Below are positions 26,723-35,913 of a stretch of 36,008 nt of DNA, piece by piece. Source of the DNA: Candidatus Neomicrothrix sp. UBA2110. GTDB lineage: Bacteria; Actinomycetota; Acidimicrobiia; Acidimicrobiales; Poriferisodalaceae. A program made the position numbers and the translations under genes. The stretch lies in assembly GCA_002331465.1 (NCBI GenBank), contig DCYM01000042.1, positions 1 through 36,008 of the forward strand. The letters run 5' to 3'. The stretch's first letter is position 1, and each line of letters opens with the position of its first letter. A model generated the notes under the pieces. The model saw nothing but the letters and a program-made list of their open reading frames with translations, was not told the DNA's origin and searched no databases.

Positions 26723-26971
26723 TTTGGCCCTCTTTGCTTGGCATTTTCACTTTGAGGTAACTCTAGAAGCGCTACTGGATAACGGCGTGCAAACTTACTC
26801 CCTTATCCCACCCGCTCTACCACCATGGGGCCTGGTCTGAACCCTCGCATGCATTCTGTATGATGGAACTGTTCCGCAGAGTGAAACAATATCCGTCGAG
26901 TTGGAGGCTGTCCATGTCGGAATGTTTCATCCTGAGCTACCAGAATCGGCCCACCAAGGAGAATGGTTCTC

Positions 26972-28669
26972 ATGGGGATTCCTAGCGATCTTGAGATAGC
27001 CAACCAGGCTTCATTATTACCTCTGTCAGAGGTCGCCTCCAAGGCCGGCATACCACTTGAATATCTCGAGTTCTATGGCAAGGGCGCGGCGAAGATTCAA
27101 CTTGAAGCGATCCCCGCGATGGCAGAACGTCCCTTTGCTAAATACGTTGTTGTGTCAGCCATCACTCCAACACCACTTGGTGAGGGTAAGACCACCACGA
27201 CAGTCGGCTTAGGACAGGCTTTTCAACACATAGGTCGAAGCGCCACCATAGCGATCCGTCAACCTTCGATGGGCCCCACCTTCGGCATCAAAGGTGGGGC
27301 GGCCGGGGGTGGCTATAGCCAAGTGGTTCCAATGGAACTGTTCAACATGCACCTGACGGGCGATATGCACGCCGTCACCGCTGCGCACAACATGTGTGCC
27401 GCTGTTTTGGATGCGCATCTGTATCACGGCAACGATCTAAAACTTGATATCCACAACATCACGTGGCGCAGAGTCGTGGACATTAATGATCGCGCGCTCC
27501 GCAATGTCACTATTGGCTTGGGGGGCTCATTAGACGGCATACCTAGAGAGAGCGGCTTTGATATCACGGCAGCTTCTGAGGTCATGGCGGCTCTAGCCTT
27601 GGCGACGTCATTGCAAGATTTGCGGGCGAGAATGGGCCGTGTCGTTGTTGGATATACCAAGGACGGCAGTCCCGTAACCGCCGAAGATCTCGGAGTTGCT
27701 GGCTCGATGACCGTCATCCTTCGCGAGGCAATTAAGCCAAATCTGATGCAAACCCTTGAAGGCACTCCAGCGTTGGTTCATACAGGCCCATTCGGGAACA
27801 TAGCGACGGGCAATTCATCGATTGTTGCTGACCAGATTGGCATCCGGACTGGCGACTTTTTGCTGACAGAAGCGGGTTTTGGGGCTGATATGGGAGCTGA
27901 ACGCTTCTTCAACATCAAGTGCCGTTACTCCGGGCTGGCTCCCGACGCAGCAGTCTTGGTGGCGACCGTTCGCGGGTTGAAGGCGCATTCTGGTAACCAC
28001 AGGATTGTCGCGGGAAGACCCCTCCCTGAGGCCCTGCTCATGGAAAATCCCGATGAGGTCCACGCGGGAGGTGACAATCTGCGTAAACAACTTGAGAACA
28101 TGCGGATTCACGGGGTCACGCCGGTAGTCGCAATTAACACGTTTCCTGGGGATCACGAAAAAGACTTAGAAGCCGTGGTGGAGATAGCAGCAGAATATGG
28201 TGCCCGGTCGGCGCTCTGCACGCATTTCGCGGATGGCGGCCGCGGAGCCACCGACCTGGCGGAAGCAGTGGTTGAAGCGGCCGCCGAGGAGAGCCAGTTC
28301 TCCCCTCTGTATCCCGACGAAATGAACCTTCGGGACAAAATCAGAACCGTGGCGCAAAAGGTTTATGGAGCGGAAGATGTTTCCTTCACCGCACGGGCAA
28401 ACAAACAGCTCGACGGATACGAACGCAATGGTTTCGGTGATTTACCTGTGTGTATTGCAAAGACCCATTTATCAATTTCCTCCGACCCGAAGTTGGTGGG
28501 CGCCCCCACTGGGTGGACGCTCCCGGTCCGGGAGGTGCGAGCTTCTGTTGGCGCTGGATTCGTCTACCCAATTTGCGGCGATATGCGAACGATGCCGGGC
28601 CTTGGCAAGAACCCCGCGGCGAAGAGGATCGATATCGACGCTGACGGAAACATAGTTGGCCTAAGTTAG
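26972..28669 (+). CDS. fhs: Formate--tetrahydrofolate ligase
   Basis: Motifs ITPTPLGEGKTTTTVGL, the P-loop context, HTGPFGNIA and ICIAKT-like CIAKTHLSISSDP. The AAGGAGA at 26956-26962 favours the ATG at 26972 over the ORF-track ATG at 26963. Confidence 0.93.
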   Translation: MGIPSDLEIANQASLLPLSEVASKAGIPLEYLEFYGKGAAKIQLEAIPAMAERPFAKYVVVSAITPTPLGEGKTTTTVGLGQAFQHIGRSATIAIRQPSMGPTFGIKGGAAGGGYSQVVPMELFNMHLTGDMHAVTAAHNMCAAVLDAHLYHGNDLKLDIHNITWRRVVDINDRALRNVTIGLGGSLDGIPRESGFDITAASEVMAALALATSLQDLRARMGRVVVGYTKDGSPVTAEDLGVAGSMTVILREAIKPNLMQTLEGTPALVHTGPFGNIATGNSSIVADQIGIRTGDFLLTEAGFGADMGAERFFNIKCRYSGLAPDAAVLVATVRGLKAHSGNHRIVAGRPLPEALLMENPDEVHAGGDNLRKQLENMRIHGVTPVVAINTFPGDHEKDLEAVVEIAAEYGARSALCTHFADGGRGATDLAEAVVEAAAEESQFSPLYPDEMNLRDKIRTVAQKVYGAEDVSFTARANKQLDGYERNGFGDLPVCIAKTHLSISSDPKLVGAPTGWTLPVREVRASVGAGFVYPICGDMRTMPGLGKNPAAKRIDIDADGNIVGLS

Positions 28670-28679
28670 GACGTCGACG

Positions 28680-29564
28680 TTGCCTATTTTCTCCTTAAGC
28701 GGGCGTTTAGATCGTTCGACCGCTGCTCCCCTACGTCGCCAACTGTTATCTGACGCGCATTTCGAAGTCATCCCTCTTAAGAACCTCACCGAACAACTGC
28801 AACATCTTCCTCTCGGGGCATCAGTTTCAGTTACGGCTTCGCCCAATAAATCACTCGATGACACGTGGAACCTCGCCAAGGATCTACTTGTTAGAGGATT
28901 CCGTCCGATTCCGCATTTAGCTTCGAGAATGCTTGAGAGCCGTCAGCAATTAGACAGACTGATCAAAGAACTCGCGGAGCTTGGCCTCAATGAATTATTT
29001 TTGGTGGGAGGCGATGCGCCATTGCCTCATGGGCCATATGAGGATTCGATACAAGTTCTTCAGGCGATTCTGGGACTGGAGCACAAGCTTGTACATATTG
29101 GTGTGACGGCATACCCCGATGGCCATTCCTTCATCGAAACTGCGGCGCTAAGCAGCAGTCTTCGAGCGAAACAGGAAATTTTGAAAGAGGCAGGATTGGC
29201 CAGCCACGCAGCCACTCAAATGTGTTTTGACCCGAATACGATCCGCGGTTGGCTCGAAAGCGAACGAGCTTCTGGGCTAGAGATACCCATCCATCTGGGG
29301 ATCCCTGGAGCAGTCGAACGCAAAAAGCTCTTGTCGGTGGGTGCACGCCTAGGAGTCGGAGCTTCACTGCGCTATCTGCAGAAGAATACGGGGACACTTG
29401 CGAGAATGGTGATGCCGGGCGGGTACAACCCGAACAAACTCTTATCTCCGCTAGCCGGCGATCTGCAAAGATTGGACGTCCAGGGGTTGCACATCTTTAC
29501 TTTTAACCAACTTGAAGCAACCGTCGCTTGGCGCAACGACGCAATCTCGTCTCTAAAGACCTGA
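28680..29564 (+). CDS. metF: Methylenetetrahydrofolate reductase (MetF-family, divergent)
   Basis: 294 aa, TTG start 10 nt after the fhs stop. MetF-like pattern: FEVIPLK (cf. FSFEFFPPK), SVTASP, IPHL, LFLVGGD, IGVTAYPDGH, TQMCFD, IPIHLGIPG. Confidence 0.7.
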   Translation: MPIFSLSGRLDRSTAAPLRRQLLSDAHFEVIPLKNLTEQLQHLPLGASVSVTASPNKSLDDTWNLAKDLLVRGFRPIPHLASRMLESRQQLDRLIKELAELGLNELFLVGGDAPLPHGPYEDSIQVLQAILGLEHKLVHIGVTAYPDGHSFIETAALSSSLRAKQEILKEAGLASHAATQMCFDPNTIRGWLESERASGLEIPIHLGIPGAVERKKLLSVGARLGVGASLRYLQKNTGTLARMVMPGGYNPNKLLSPLAGDLQRLDVQGLHIFTFNQLEATVAWRNDAISSLKT

Positions 29565-29580
29565 GTCTGCCGAGTTCGGA

Positions 29581-30795
29581 TCAGGCTCGCTCAGCAATCT
29601 CGACTCGTAGAACGCTTTCTAATTGTCGTAGGTCAGCAATTGTCTGGGCCGTAGGGGGCCTGGAAGCCCGAATCGTTGCAACCGCGGCCGTGGGCGAAAC
29701 ACCGGCGAAAATTTCGTTTTGCATCTGTTGCACATTGATGCCGGCCCCTCGAAGGCACGCAAGGACGGCCGCCAGTGCGCCGACTTCGTCTCGGTGTCTC
29801 ACCGTAAGAGTGCAGGCCCCAAGTGGACGGTCTGCGAGGTTCACACAATTGAGTATGCGGCCTTCGGCATACGCTTTAATGATCCGAACCACACCCGACG
29901 CAACAGCTTCTCGCGCCTGTTGAGTTGACCCGCCAATGTGATGGGTTCCAACGACATTTGGGTGCTCAGCGAAAGAACTGTCCCAGTCCGCTGCCGGTGT
30001 CGAAGGCTCCTCCTCGTACACATCGAGTCCGACTCGTAGCGCTTTTGTTTCCATCGCTTTGAGGAGGGCCACTTCATCGATGAGACCGCCCCTGGCGGTG
30101 TTCAACAAAATTGCGCCGTGTGAAACCAGATGAAGAAATTGATCATTCACGATGTTGCGGGTTCGATCAGTCAGAGGAAGGTGAAGCGAAATAACGTCAG
30201 CATCATCCAGAAGTTGTTGAAGGTCATCGAAGAGTTCGATGTTTAAGTGATCGATCCGATCCAAGAGGCCTGACTCTCGCTCAGGTCGATTCAAAGCTCG
30301 TACCTTGATGCCGAACGCAGCCGCGCGTTCGGCTACCGCTAGGCCAATCTCTCCTAAACCTAGGATCGCCATAGTGCGTCCTTTGAGTCCGCGGGCCGTT
30401 GAATATTCGGCCTTTGCCCAGCGACCCTTGTGTAAGTCCGCGGTTGACGCTGGAATATTGCGGTCAACCGCTAAGAGCAAACCGATCGTTAATTCTGCGA
30501 CTGCGGCTGCGTTCTGTCCGGGAACATTGCAGACATACACCCCGTTTTCACTCGCAGCTTGTGTATCGATGGTGTCGGTGCCCGCTCCGGCGCGAACAAT
30601 CAGCCCCAAGCGGGTGCTGGCTTCGATAGCTAAGCGTGTGACGCTCGTGCTGCGCACAACCAGCACGTCGGCATCGTCGATGAGTTGATCCAAGCCCTGT
30701 GTGGGTGAGACGTGCAATGTCTGGCAATGATGGCCGTCGTTTTCGAGATTTTCGATAAAAGGGGCGTCGATTTCATCAGCTAAGGCAATGTGCAC
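29581..30795 (-). CDS. D-isomer-specific 2-hydroxyacid dehydrogenase with a C-terminal ACT-like domain (D-3-phosphoglycerate dehydrogenase-like)
   Basis: NAD-binding GLGEIGLAVAERAAAFG, the catalytic region LLNTARGGLID...THHIGGST, and a C-terminal roughly 75 aa resembling an ACT regulatory domain. 404 aa, similar in size to SerA. Confidence 0.7.
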   Translation of the reverse strand: MHIALADEIDAPFIENLENDGHHCQTLHVSPTQGLDQLIDDADVLVVRSTSVTRLAIEASTRLGLIVRAGAGTDTIDTQAASENGVYVCNVPGQNAAAVAELTIGLLLAVDRNIPASTADLHKGRWAKAEYSTARGLKGRTMAILGLGEIGLAVAERAAAFGIKVRALNRPERESGLLDRIDHLNIELFDDLQQLLDDADVISLHLPLTDRTRNIVNDQFLHLVSHGAILLNTARGGLIDEVALLKAMETKALRVGLDVYEEEPSTPAADWDSSFAEHPNVVGTHHIGGSTQQAREAVASGVVRIIKAYAEGRILNCVNLADRPLGACTLTVRHRDEVGALAAVLACLRGAGINVQQMQNEIFAGVSPTAAVATIRASRPPTAQTIADLRQLESVLRVEIAERA

Positions 30796-30904
30796 GTGTT
30801 CTCCTCCCGGTGGCGTCGACCTGAAGTTGCCCCGAGATCCCCGCTGCGAACTATTCCACAGTTGTAATCCGACTGCCGACCACGTTTCACACCTAGGTCG
30901 ACGA

Positions 30905-31225
30905 TCACCCTATGACGTCGAGAAGATCGATAGCGAGAAGCACTGTCAACAAGCCAATTACGGCTCCGTTGATCAAACTCATGGGCCATTTCCAACGGTG
31001 GTCAGAATTCCAAAATCGGCGGATGCTCAGGACGTTGGCAGCTATGGCAACGAGGCCTAGGGGCAGACCAATCCAGGGCCCAACTCCTGAACTGATCCCA
31101 ACCAAGGGAGCCAAGAAAGGCAAGACTACGTAAGTAAGGGCGCATCGAATACCGGAAATTACCATCGACGTGCTGAACACGCGCGTGTCAACGTCGTTGG
31201 TGATGGGAGGTAGCGAGTTACTCAT
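30905..31225 (-). CDS. Hypothetical small membrane protein (about 3 TM)
   Basis: 106 aa with hydrophobic segments (ALTYVVLPFLAPLVGI, IGLPLGLVAIAANVL, AVIGLLTVLLAIDLL). It lies between the lipid kinase and the SerA-like gene on the same strand. Confidence 0.45.
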   Translation of the reverse strand: MSNSLPPITNDVDTRVFSTSMVISGIRCALTYVVLPFLAPLVGISSGVGPWIGLPLGLVAIAANVLSIRRFWNSDHRWKWPMSLINGAVIGLLTVLLAIDLLDVIG

Positions 31226-31246
31226 CTGCTTCTTTGGCTTCGACGA

Positions 31247-32188
31247 CTAATTCGATACATCCGCAACGGTGGCGCCGGCAATCTGCAATCCTCCAGGCAC
31301 CACCGTAATGGTTTGAGGCAGAGAACCCACAGCTTCCCCATCTGACCGCAAATCACATGAACCATGTGCATTCACAGGAACCATTTGTATCTCTATTTCT
31401 TTACCTCGAAGGATCTCGACCGCCGGATGGGCCACATGGGCGCCAGAAAAGGTTTTGGGAAGAACCCGGAGCAGGTTCAGAGCTGAAGTGTCGTGGATGA
31501 GCACAACTTCGGCCGAGCCCGAGGTAGGGCTTGCGTCTGGGGCTATTCTCATTCCTCCGCCGAAAAGTGCGGTGTTAGCAATAGCTACAAGTAGACAGGC
31601 ACATGATCGTTCGGCCCCGTCAATCCTCATTTCAACTTGGTAGCGAGGAAGGTGGGTTGCCTCCATCAGAGTCGCAACTGTGTACTTGCTGGGTCCGCGA
31701 GGCCATCGCAATCGCTCTGCGCGGACATTGACTGCTGCTGAGAAACCGGCAGTTGCGATCGTGGTGGCGTACCGGACAGCCCCTGCCGCATCGGTCATCT
31801 TCAATACATCGATGGCAGTCGAATCACCTGTCGCCGCGGTAGCCATTTCATCAACGCTTGTCGGGAGTCTCAGCGCCGAGGCAAAGTCATTACCCGTTCC
31901 TGCAGGAACAATTCCTAGGGCTGTTGATGTTTCGGCGATTTCTTGTACGACGTGGTGAACGAGCCCGTCACCCCCAACCGCGACTACGCGCACCTCGCGA
32001 TCTATCGCTTCTTTGACCAGTTCGCGAGTTGCGGAAATCGTCGAAGGGAAAACTTTTTTGGCAGCCACTCCACGTTCAACAAGAACATTCGTTATGGCGT
32101 CGCCCACACGTTGAGCGCGTCCACGATTAGCGGCGGGATTTACAAGTACCAAGGTTGAGGTTGCGGAATCGAAAGGCACTTGTTCCAT
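31247..32188 (-). CDS. Diacylglycerol kinase-family lipid kinase (YegS/BmrU-like)
   Basis: DAGK catalytic-domain motifs VVAVGGDGLVHHVV and PAGTGNDFA. 313 aa. Confidence 0.85.
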   Translation of the reverse strand: MEQVPFDSATSTLVLVNPAANRGRAQRVGDAITNVLVERGVAAKKVFPSTISATRELVKEAIDREVRVVAVGGDGLVHHVVQEIAETSTALGIVPAGTGNDFASALRLPTSVDEMATAATGDSTAIDVLKMTDAAGAVRYATTIATAGFSAAVNVRAERLRWPRGPSKYTVATLMEATHLPRYQVEMRIDGAERSCACLLVAIANTALFGGGMRIAPDASPTSGSAEVVLIHDTSALNLLRVLPKTFSGAHVAHPAVEILRGKEIEIQMVPVNAHGSCDLRSDGEAVGSLPQTITVVPGGLQIAGATVADVSN

Positions 32189-32276
32189 ATGGTTCCTTAG
32201 GTTGACTACGGTGACGGAGACTGGTGAGGCACACGGTGCCCCACCAGACAGAAGCCCAATTCGAGACGAGGTTGAA

Positions 32277-33467
32277 ATGGTTGGTGCACTCGACGGTATA
32301 CGAGTCTTGGATTTATCGACATTGGTTCAAGGTCCACAAGCGGCCGCGATGTTGCACGATCTGGGAGCTGAGGTAATCAAAGTTGAACTTCCCGAAATCG
32401 GAGATATGGGCCGCCACGTCGACATACTCCCCGAAGTGGGGACCTCCTCGTTCTTTATCGCAAACAATCGAGGGAAGCGCTCGGTGGCTTTGGATTTACG
32501 CAGCGATGGCGGGCACGAAGCCTTTCTGAGACTTGTAGAGACCTCAGATGTAGTTTTGTCGAATTTTCAACCCGGCACTCTTGATGGATGGGGATTGGGG
32601 TATGAGGATTTAGCGGCAGTGAACCCGAGAATAATCTGGGCTGCAGGAAGTTTTCTTGGACCAACAGGCCCAGATGCTCTCCGAGAAGGGGCCGATATCG
32701 CCGGCGAAGCGTATGGCGGTGTGGTCGCCGGAATTGGCAATGACGGCGAAGCTGTCACCACTGTCGCGTCGTTGCTTGCAGACCATTGTGGCTCTCAAAA
32801 CCTTCAAACGGGAATATTGGCAGCGCTCTTTGCACGCGAAAAGACGGGCCGCGGGCAACGCGTTGACGTCAGTTTGCTTGGTGGGCAAATCTGGATGCAG
32901 GCAACCGAGTACACCCACTATTTCCTGACTGGGGAACTAGCAGGCAAATCCAACGGCGGCCATCCTCTGGTACACGCGCTGTACGGCGTGTTCCCCACAT
33001 CTGATGGAGCGATCGCTATGGCTGGCTGTCCCGAACACCTTTGGGAAGGACTGTGCCGCGCCATCGAACGGCCCGATTGGGTTGATCACCCGCGTTTCAA
33101 TACCTACTTCACAACGAAAGAGATATCTGCAGAGATGCGGGAAGAATTTCTACCCATCTTCTCGCAGCGAACCACCGATGAATGGGTGGTCCGGCTGGAG
33201 GCAGAAGCGCAACGTTTCGCCCCCGTTCGCTCCCACGATCAGGTCGCAGCAGACCCGCAGTCGTACGCAAACGGTTACATCGTCGAATTCGATCACCCTG
33301 ATTGGGGCACCACCAACTTTGTTGGCTGCCCGATCCAGATGTCGGATACGCCCACGCGCTTTGGTACCGATGTCCCCGAACTCGGCCAAGAGACCGAAAT
33401 CGTTTTGGTTGAGGCCGGCTACGACTGGGAAGAACTCGAAGACCTCCGAGCGAGAGGCGCCTGGTAA
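32277..33467 (+). CDS. Family III CoA-transferase (CaiB/BaiF family)
   Basis: LDGIRVLDLSTLVQGPQAAAMLHDLGAEVIKVE is the family N-terminal signature. The ATG at 32277 with GAGG upstream is preferred over the TTG at 32202, which lies only 13 nt from the divergent gene. Confidence 0.85.
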   Translation: MVGALDGIRVLDLSTLVQGPQAAAMLHDLGAEVIKVELPEIGDMGRHVDILPEVGTSSFFIANNRGKRSVALDLRSDGGHEAFLRLVETSDVVLSNFQPGTLDGWGLGYEDLAAVNPRIIWAAGSFLGPTGPDALREGADIAGEAYGGVVAGIGNDGEAVTTVASLLADHCGSQNLQTGILAALFAREKTGRGQRVDVSLLGGQIWMQATEYTHYFLTGELAGKSNGGHPLVHALYGVFPTSDGAIAMAGCPEHLWEGLCRAIERPDWVDHPRFNTYFTTKEISAEMREEFLPIFSQRTTDEWVVRLEAEAQRFAPVRSHDQVAADPQSYANGYIVEFDHPDWGTTNFVGCPIQMSDTPTRFGTDVPELGQETEIVLVEAGYDWEELEDLRARGAW

Positions 33468-33600
33468 GGCACGGCGTTAGCCGAGTGGCCCACCTGGCAC
33501 ATGCAAGGTGCAAACGAGCGCACGCCCATGGGCACAGCCGTCGCGAAACAACCAGCGATGAGGATTGTTGCTGCGGTAGGAACAGATTGGCGCGCAGCGG

Positions 33601-34437
33601 TCAAAGGCACCTATTGACCATCGTGCCAATGCCTTCCACGGTGGTGGTGATGACATCGCCAGCAACTAAGAAACGTTTGTCCGGCATCCCGACTCCTGAG
33701 GGAGTGCCGGTAAAGATGAGATCGCCAGGAAGCAACGTCATGACTTCAGACAGGTAGCTCACGAGGAAGGGGACATCGAAGATTAGAGCACTCGTTCTTG
33801 CATCTTGGCGAGGTTCTCCGTTAATAGCGCAGGTGATGTGCAAATCGTCTGCGTCTGGGAACGAATCTGGCGAAACCAACAATGGACCAGTCGGGCCGTA
33901 GGTGTCTCGCGACTTACCGAGACCGAATTGAGGCGGCCGGGCTCCAAGTTGGAGTTTCCTATCTGAAATGTCTTGGCCAACAGTTAAACCGGCGACATGG
34001 GACCAGGCGTTTTCAGCAAGTACATCGCGGGCGACGCGCCCGATGACCACTACCAGTTCAGCTTCGTAGTCGCCACGAGTGGCCCGTAGATGAACGTCGT
34101 CAAACGGTCCGGCAATACATGATGGGAATTTTGAAAAAACCACCGGCGATTCCGGCAAGTCCATCTTCGATTCTTCAGCGTGATCCTTGTAGTTAAGACC
34201 CACGCCGAAGGAGTTACGAGGTCTGGGCGCGGGCGGCCCAAGTTTCACATCAGCCAAAGAGCCATCAGGGTCATTGCTCGTCAAGTTGCTGTTGATCTCG
34301 TGAAGAGCGTCAATATCGGTGAGGGCGTCAATCGGATCCGCTGCGATGGCGTCGTGAGAGATCCGGTTAAGGTCGTAAAAATTGTCTCCGTGGACCAGAC
34401 ATGCCCTGTCCTCAACGTTGGCAAATGTGAATGGCAT
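33601..34437 (-). CDS. Fumarylacetoacetate hydrolase (FAH) family protein
   Basis: Motifs GLNYKDHAEE, DYEAELVVVIG and LLPGDLIFTGTPSGVG. The ATG at 34437 (MPFTFANV) is preferred over the ORF-track start at 34512. Confidence 0.85.
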   Translation of the reverse strand: MPFTFANVEDRACLVHGDNFYDLNRISHDAIAADPIDALTDIDALHEINSNLTSNDPDGSLADVKLGPPAPRPRNSFGVGLNYKDHAEESKMDLPESPVVFSKFPSCIAGPFDDVHLRATRGDYEAELVVVIGRVARDVLAENAWSHVAGLTVGQDISDRKLQLGARPPQFGLGKSRDTYGPTGPLLVSPDSFPDADDLHITCAINGEPRQDARTSALIFDVPFLVSYLSEVMTLLPGDLIFTGTPSGVGMPDKRFLVAGDVITTTVEGIGTMVNRCL

Positions 34438-34548
34438 ATAGTGACCCTTCGAAGGTGTGATCAACAGCCGAAGCAAGTGCAGGCTTAGAGTCGCCGACGA
34501 TAGGGCTGTCACGCAATTTCAGCAAACAGTCCCTGAGGTACCCATTGC

Positions 34549-35847
34549 TTAATGGACGAGCAGGCCATCCTGCACGACGAGTAACCCTCGGCAAATGGTG
34601 TGGCGCACCTTTCCGATGAACTGCTGCCCCTGCCACGGCGTGTTCGTACTCTTGCTCTGTAGTGACGAACCATCGATCGCCCAAGCCTTACTTGGGTCGA
34701 ATACTGCGATGTTGGCAGGGTTACCCGGTGTTAGAGGTTGACCATGTTCATGAATATCGGCAATGCGCGCAGGTTGGGAAGACGTAACCGCCACAAACTG
34801 CTGTCTCGACATCGATCCCCCATTGACGAACGTGTCCCAAATAACTGAAGCCATCGTTTCGACGCCGAGCATCCCGGGAGGTGCCTCGGCTAGTCCCATC
34901 TCTTTGAGCCGCGGATGGTGCGGTGCATGGTCGGTCGCAACAGCATCAACTGTCCCATCAAGCAGTGCCGCACGAAGGGCGGATACATCCGTTGCAAGAC
35001 GCAACGGTGGGTTCATTATCCCAGCAGATCCAAGCCGTTCGACGTCCTCTTCAGTGAGAATCAGATGCTGAGGGGTCACCTCAGCTGTTACTCGAAAACC
35101 AGCCTGTTTGGCTCTCCTAACCTGTTCGGTGGCCAGTGACGTCGACATGTGAAGAACGTGGTAACGGCCACCCGTCTTGGCGGCGAGCGCTATGTCGCGT
35201 TCGACGATTACGGCTTCTGCTTCGCGTGGCCGGCCCGGCAGGCCCAGGCGTTTCGCCACGCTTCCGGCATTTAAAACGCCGCCTGCGACCATCTCTGAAT
35301 GTTCGGCGTGTTGGCTGATCACGGCACCAGGTAGCTCCAGGGTTTCTCGCAGGGCTGCTTCCATAAGATCAGCGTCATCGACAACCCAACCGTCATCGGT
35401 AAACACACGCACTCCGGCCTGGTGCAGCGCGGCGAAATCCACTAATCGTTCGCCGGCTCTTTCAACGGTAATTGCAGCCGAGGTGCGTACGTCGCAGGCC
35501 GCAGCACGCGCAAGTGAAAGTACATCCGAAACTATTTCCACGTTGTCGATTGTCGGAATTGTGTTGGGCATCATTACGCAAGCGGTAACACCGCCAAGAG
35601 CCGCTCCAGCGGCCCCGGAAGAAATGTCTTCACTTTCCTCGCCGCCCGGTGTACGAAAGTGGACTTGTATGTCTACGAGTCCGGGCATGACTACGGCATC
35701 CGACGCGTCAACGGTTTCTCCCCGCCCGTCAAAGGCACCCGGTGCTCCGCTGTCAGCAATCACGCCGTTTATCAGTAATAAGTCAACTTTCCGTTCAGAC
35801 AGCTGGTCGACGACTGTTCCCCCAGCAATCACAATGGGACTGGCCAT
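34549..35847 (-). CDS. pyrC: Dihydroorotase (class I PyrC-like cyclic amidohydrolase)
   Basis: Motifs GLVDIQVHFRTPG, AALGGVTACVMMPNT, HAEH, HVLHMST, TAEVTPQHL, ATDHAPH and PGMLGVET are close to Gram-positive/actinobacterial PyrC. The gene is not in a pyr operon context here. Confidence 0.75.
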   Translation of the reverse strand: MASPIVIAGGTVVDQLSERKVDLLLINGVIADSGAPGAFDGRGETVDASDAVVMPGLVDIQVHFRTPGGEESEDISSGAAGAALGGVTACVMMPNTIPTIDNVEIVSDVLSLARAAACDVRTSAAITVERAGERLVDFAALHQAGVRVFTDDGWVVDDADLMEAALRETLELPGAVISQHAEHSEMVAGGVLNAGSVAKRLGLPGRPREAEAVIVERDIALAAKTGGRYHVLHMSTSLATEQVRRAKQAGFRVTAEVTPQHLILTEEDVERLGSAGIMNPPLRLATDVSALRAALLDGTVDAVATDHAPHHPRLKEMGLAEAPPGMLGVETMASVIWDTFVNGGSMSRQQFVAVTSSQPARIADIHEHGQPLTPGNPANIAVFDPSKAWAIDGSSLQSKSTNTPWQGQQFIGKVRHTICRGLLVVQDGLLVH

Positions 35848-35913
35848 AGTCCAACCCTATGACGACATCGGGCGGTCGGGGCGTAACTTCCCATCGAGAG
35901 GTAAGATCGCAAC

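Noticed and set aside
26803-27051. 82-aa minus-strand ORF across the fhs start
   Set aside because: It overlaps the fhs RBS and start, has no recognisable motifs and no RBS of its own.
30809-30909. GTCGAC-centred inverted repeat (GGTGGCGTCGACCT ... AGGTCGACGATCACC) flanking the intergenic region between the SerA-like gene and the small membrane protein gene
   Set aside because: Only about 8 contiguous bp pair, built on the self-palindromic GTCGAC, with a 72-nt spacer. This is compatible with chance.
33524-33535. Perfect 10-bp palindrome GCCCATGGGC and short stems in the convergent CaiB/FAH intergenic region as terminators
   Set aside because: The palindrome has no loop and no U-tract, and the other stems are only 4-5 bp. 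This is not convincing as intrinsic terminators.
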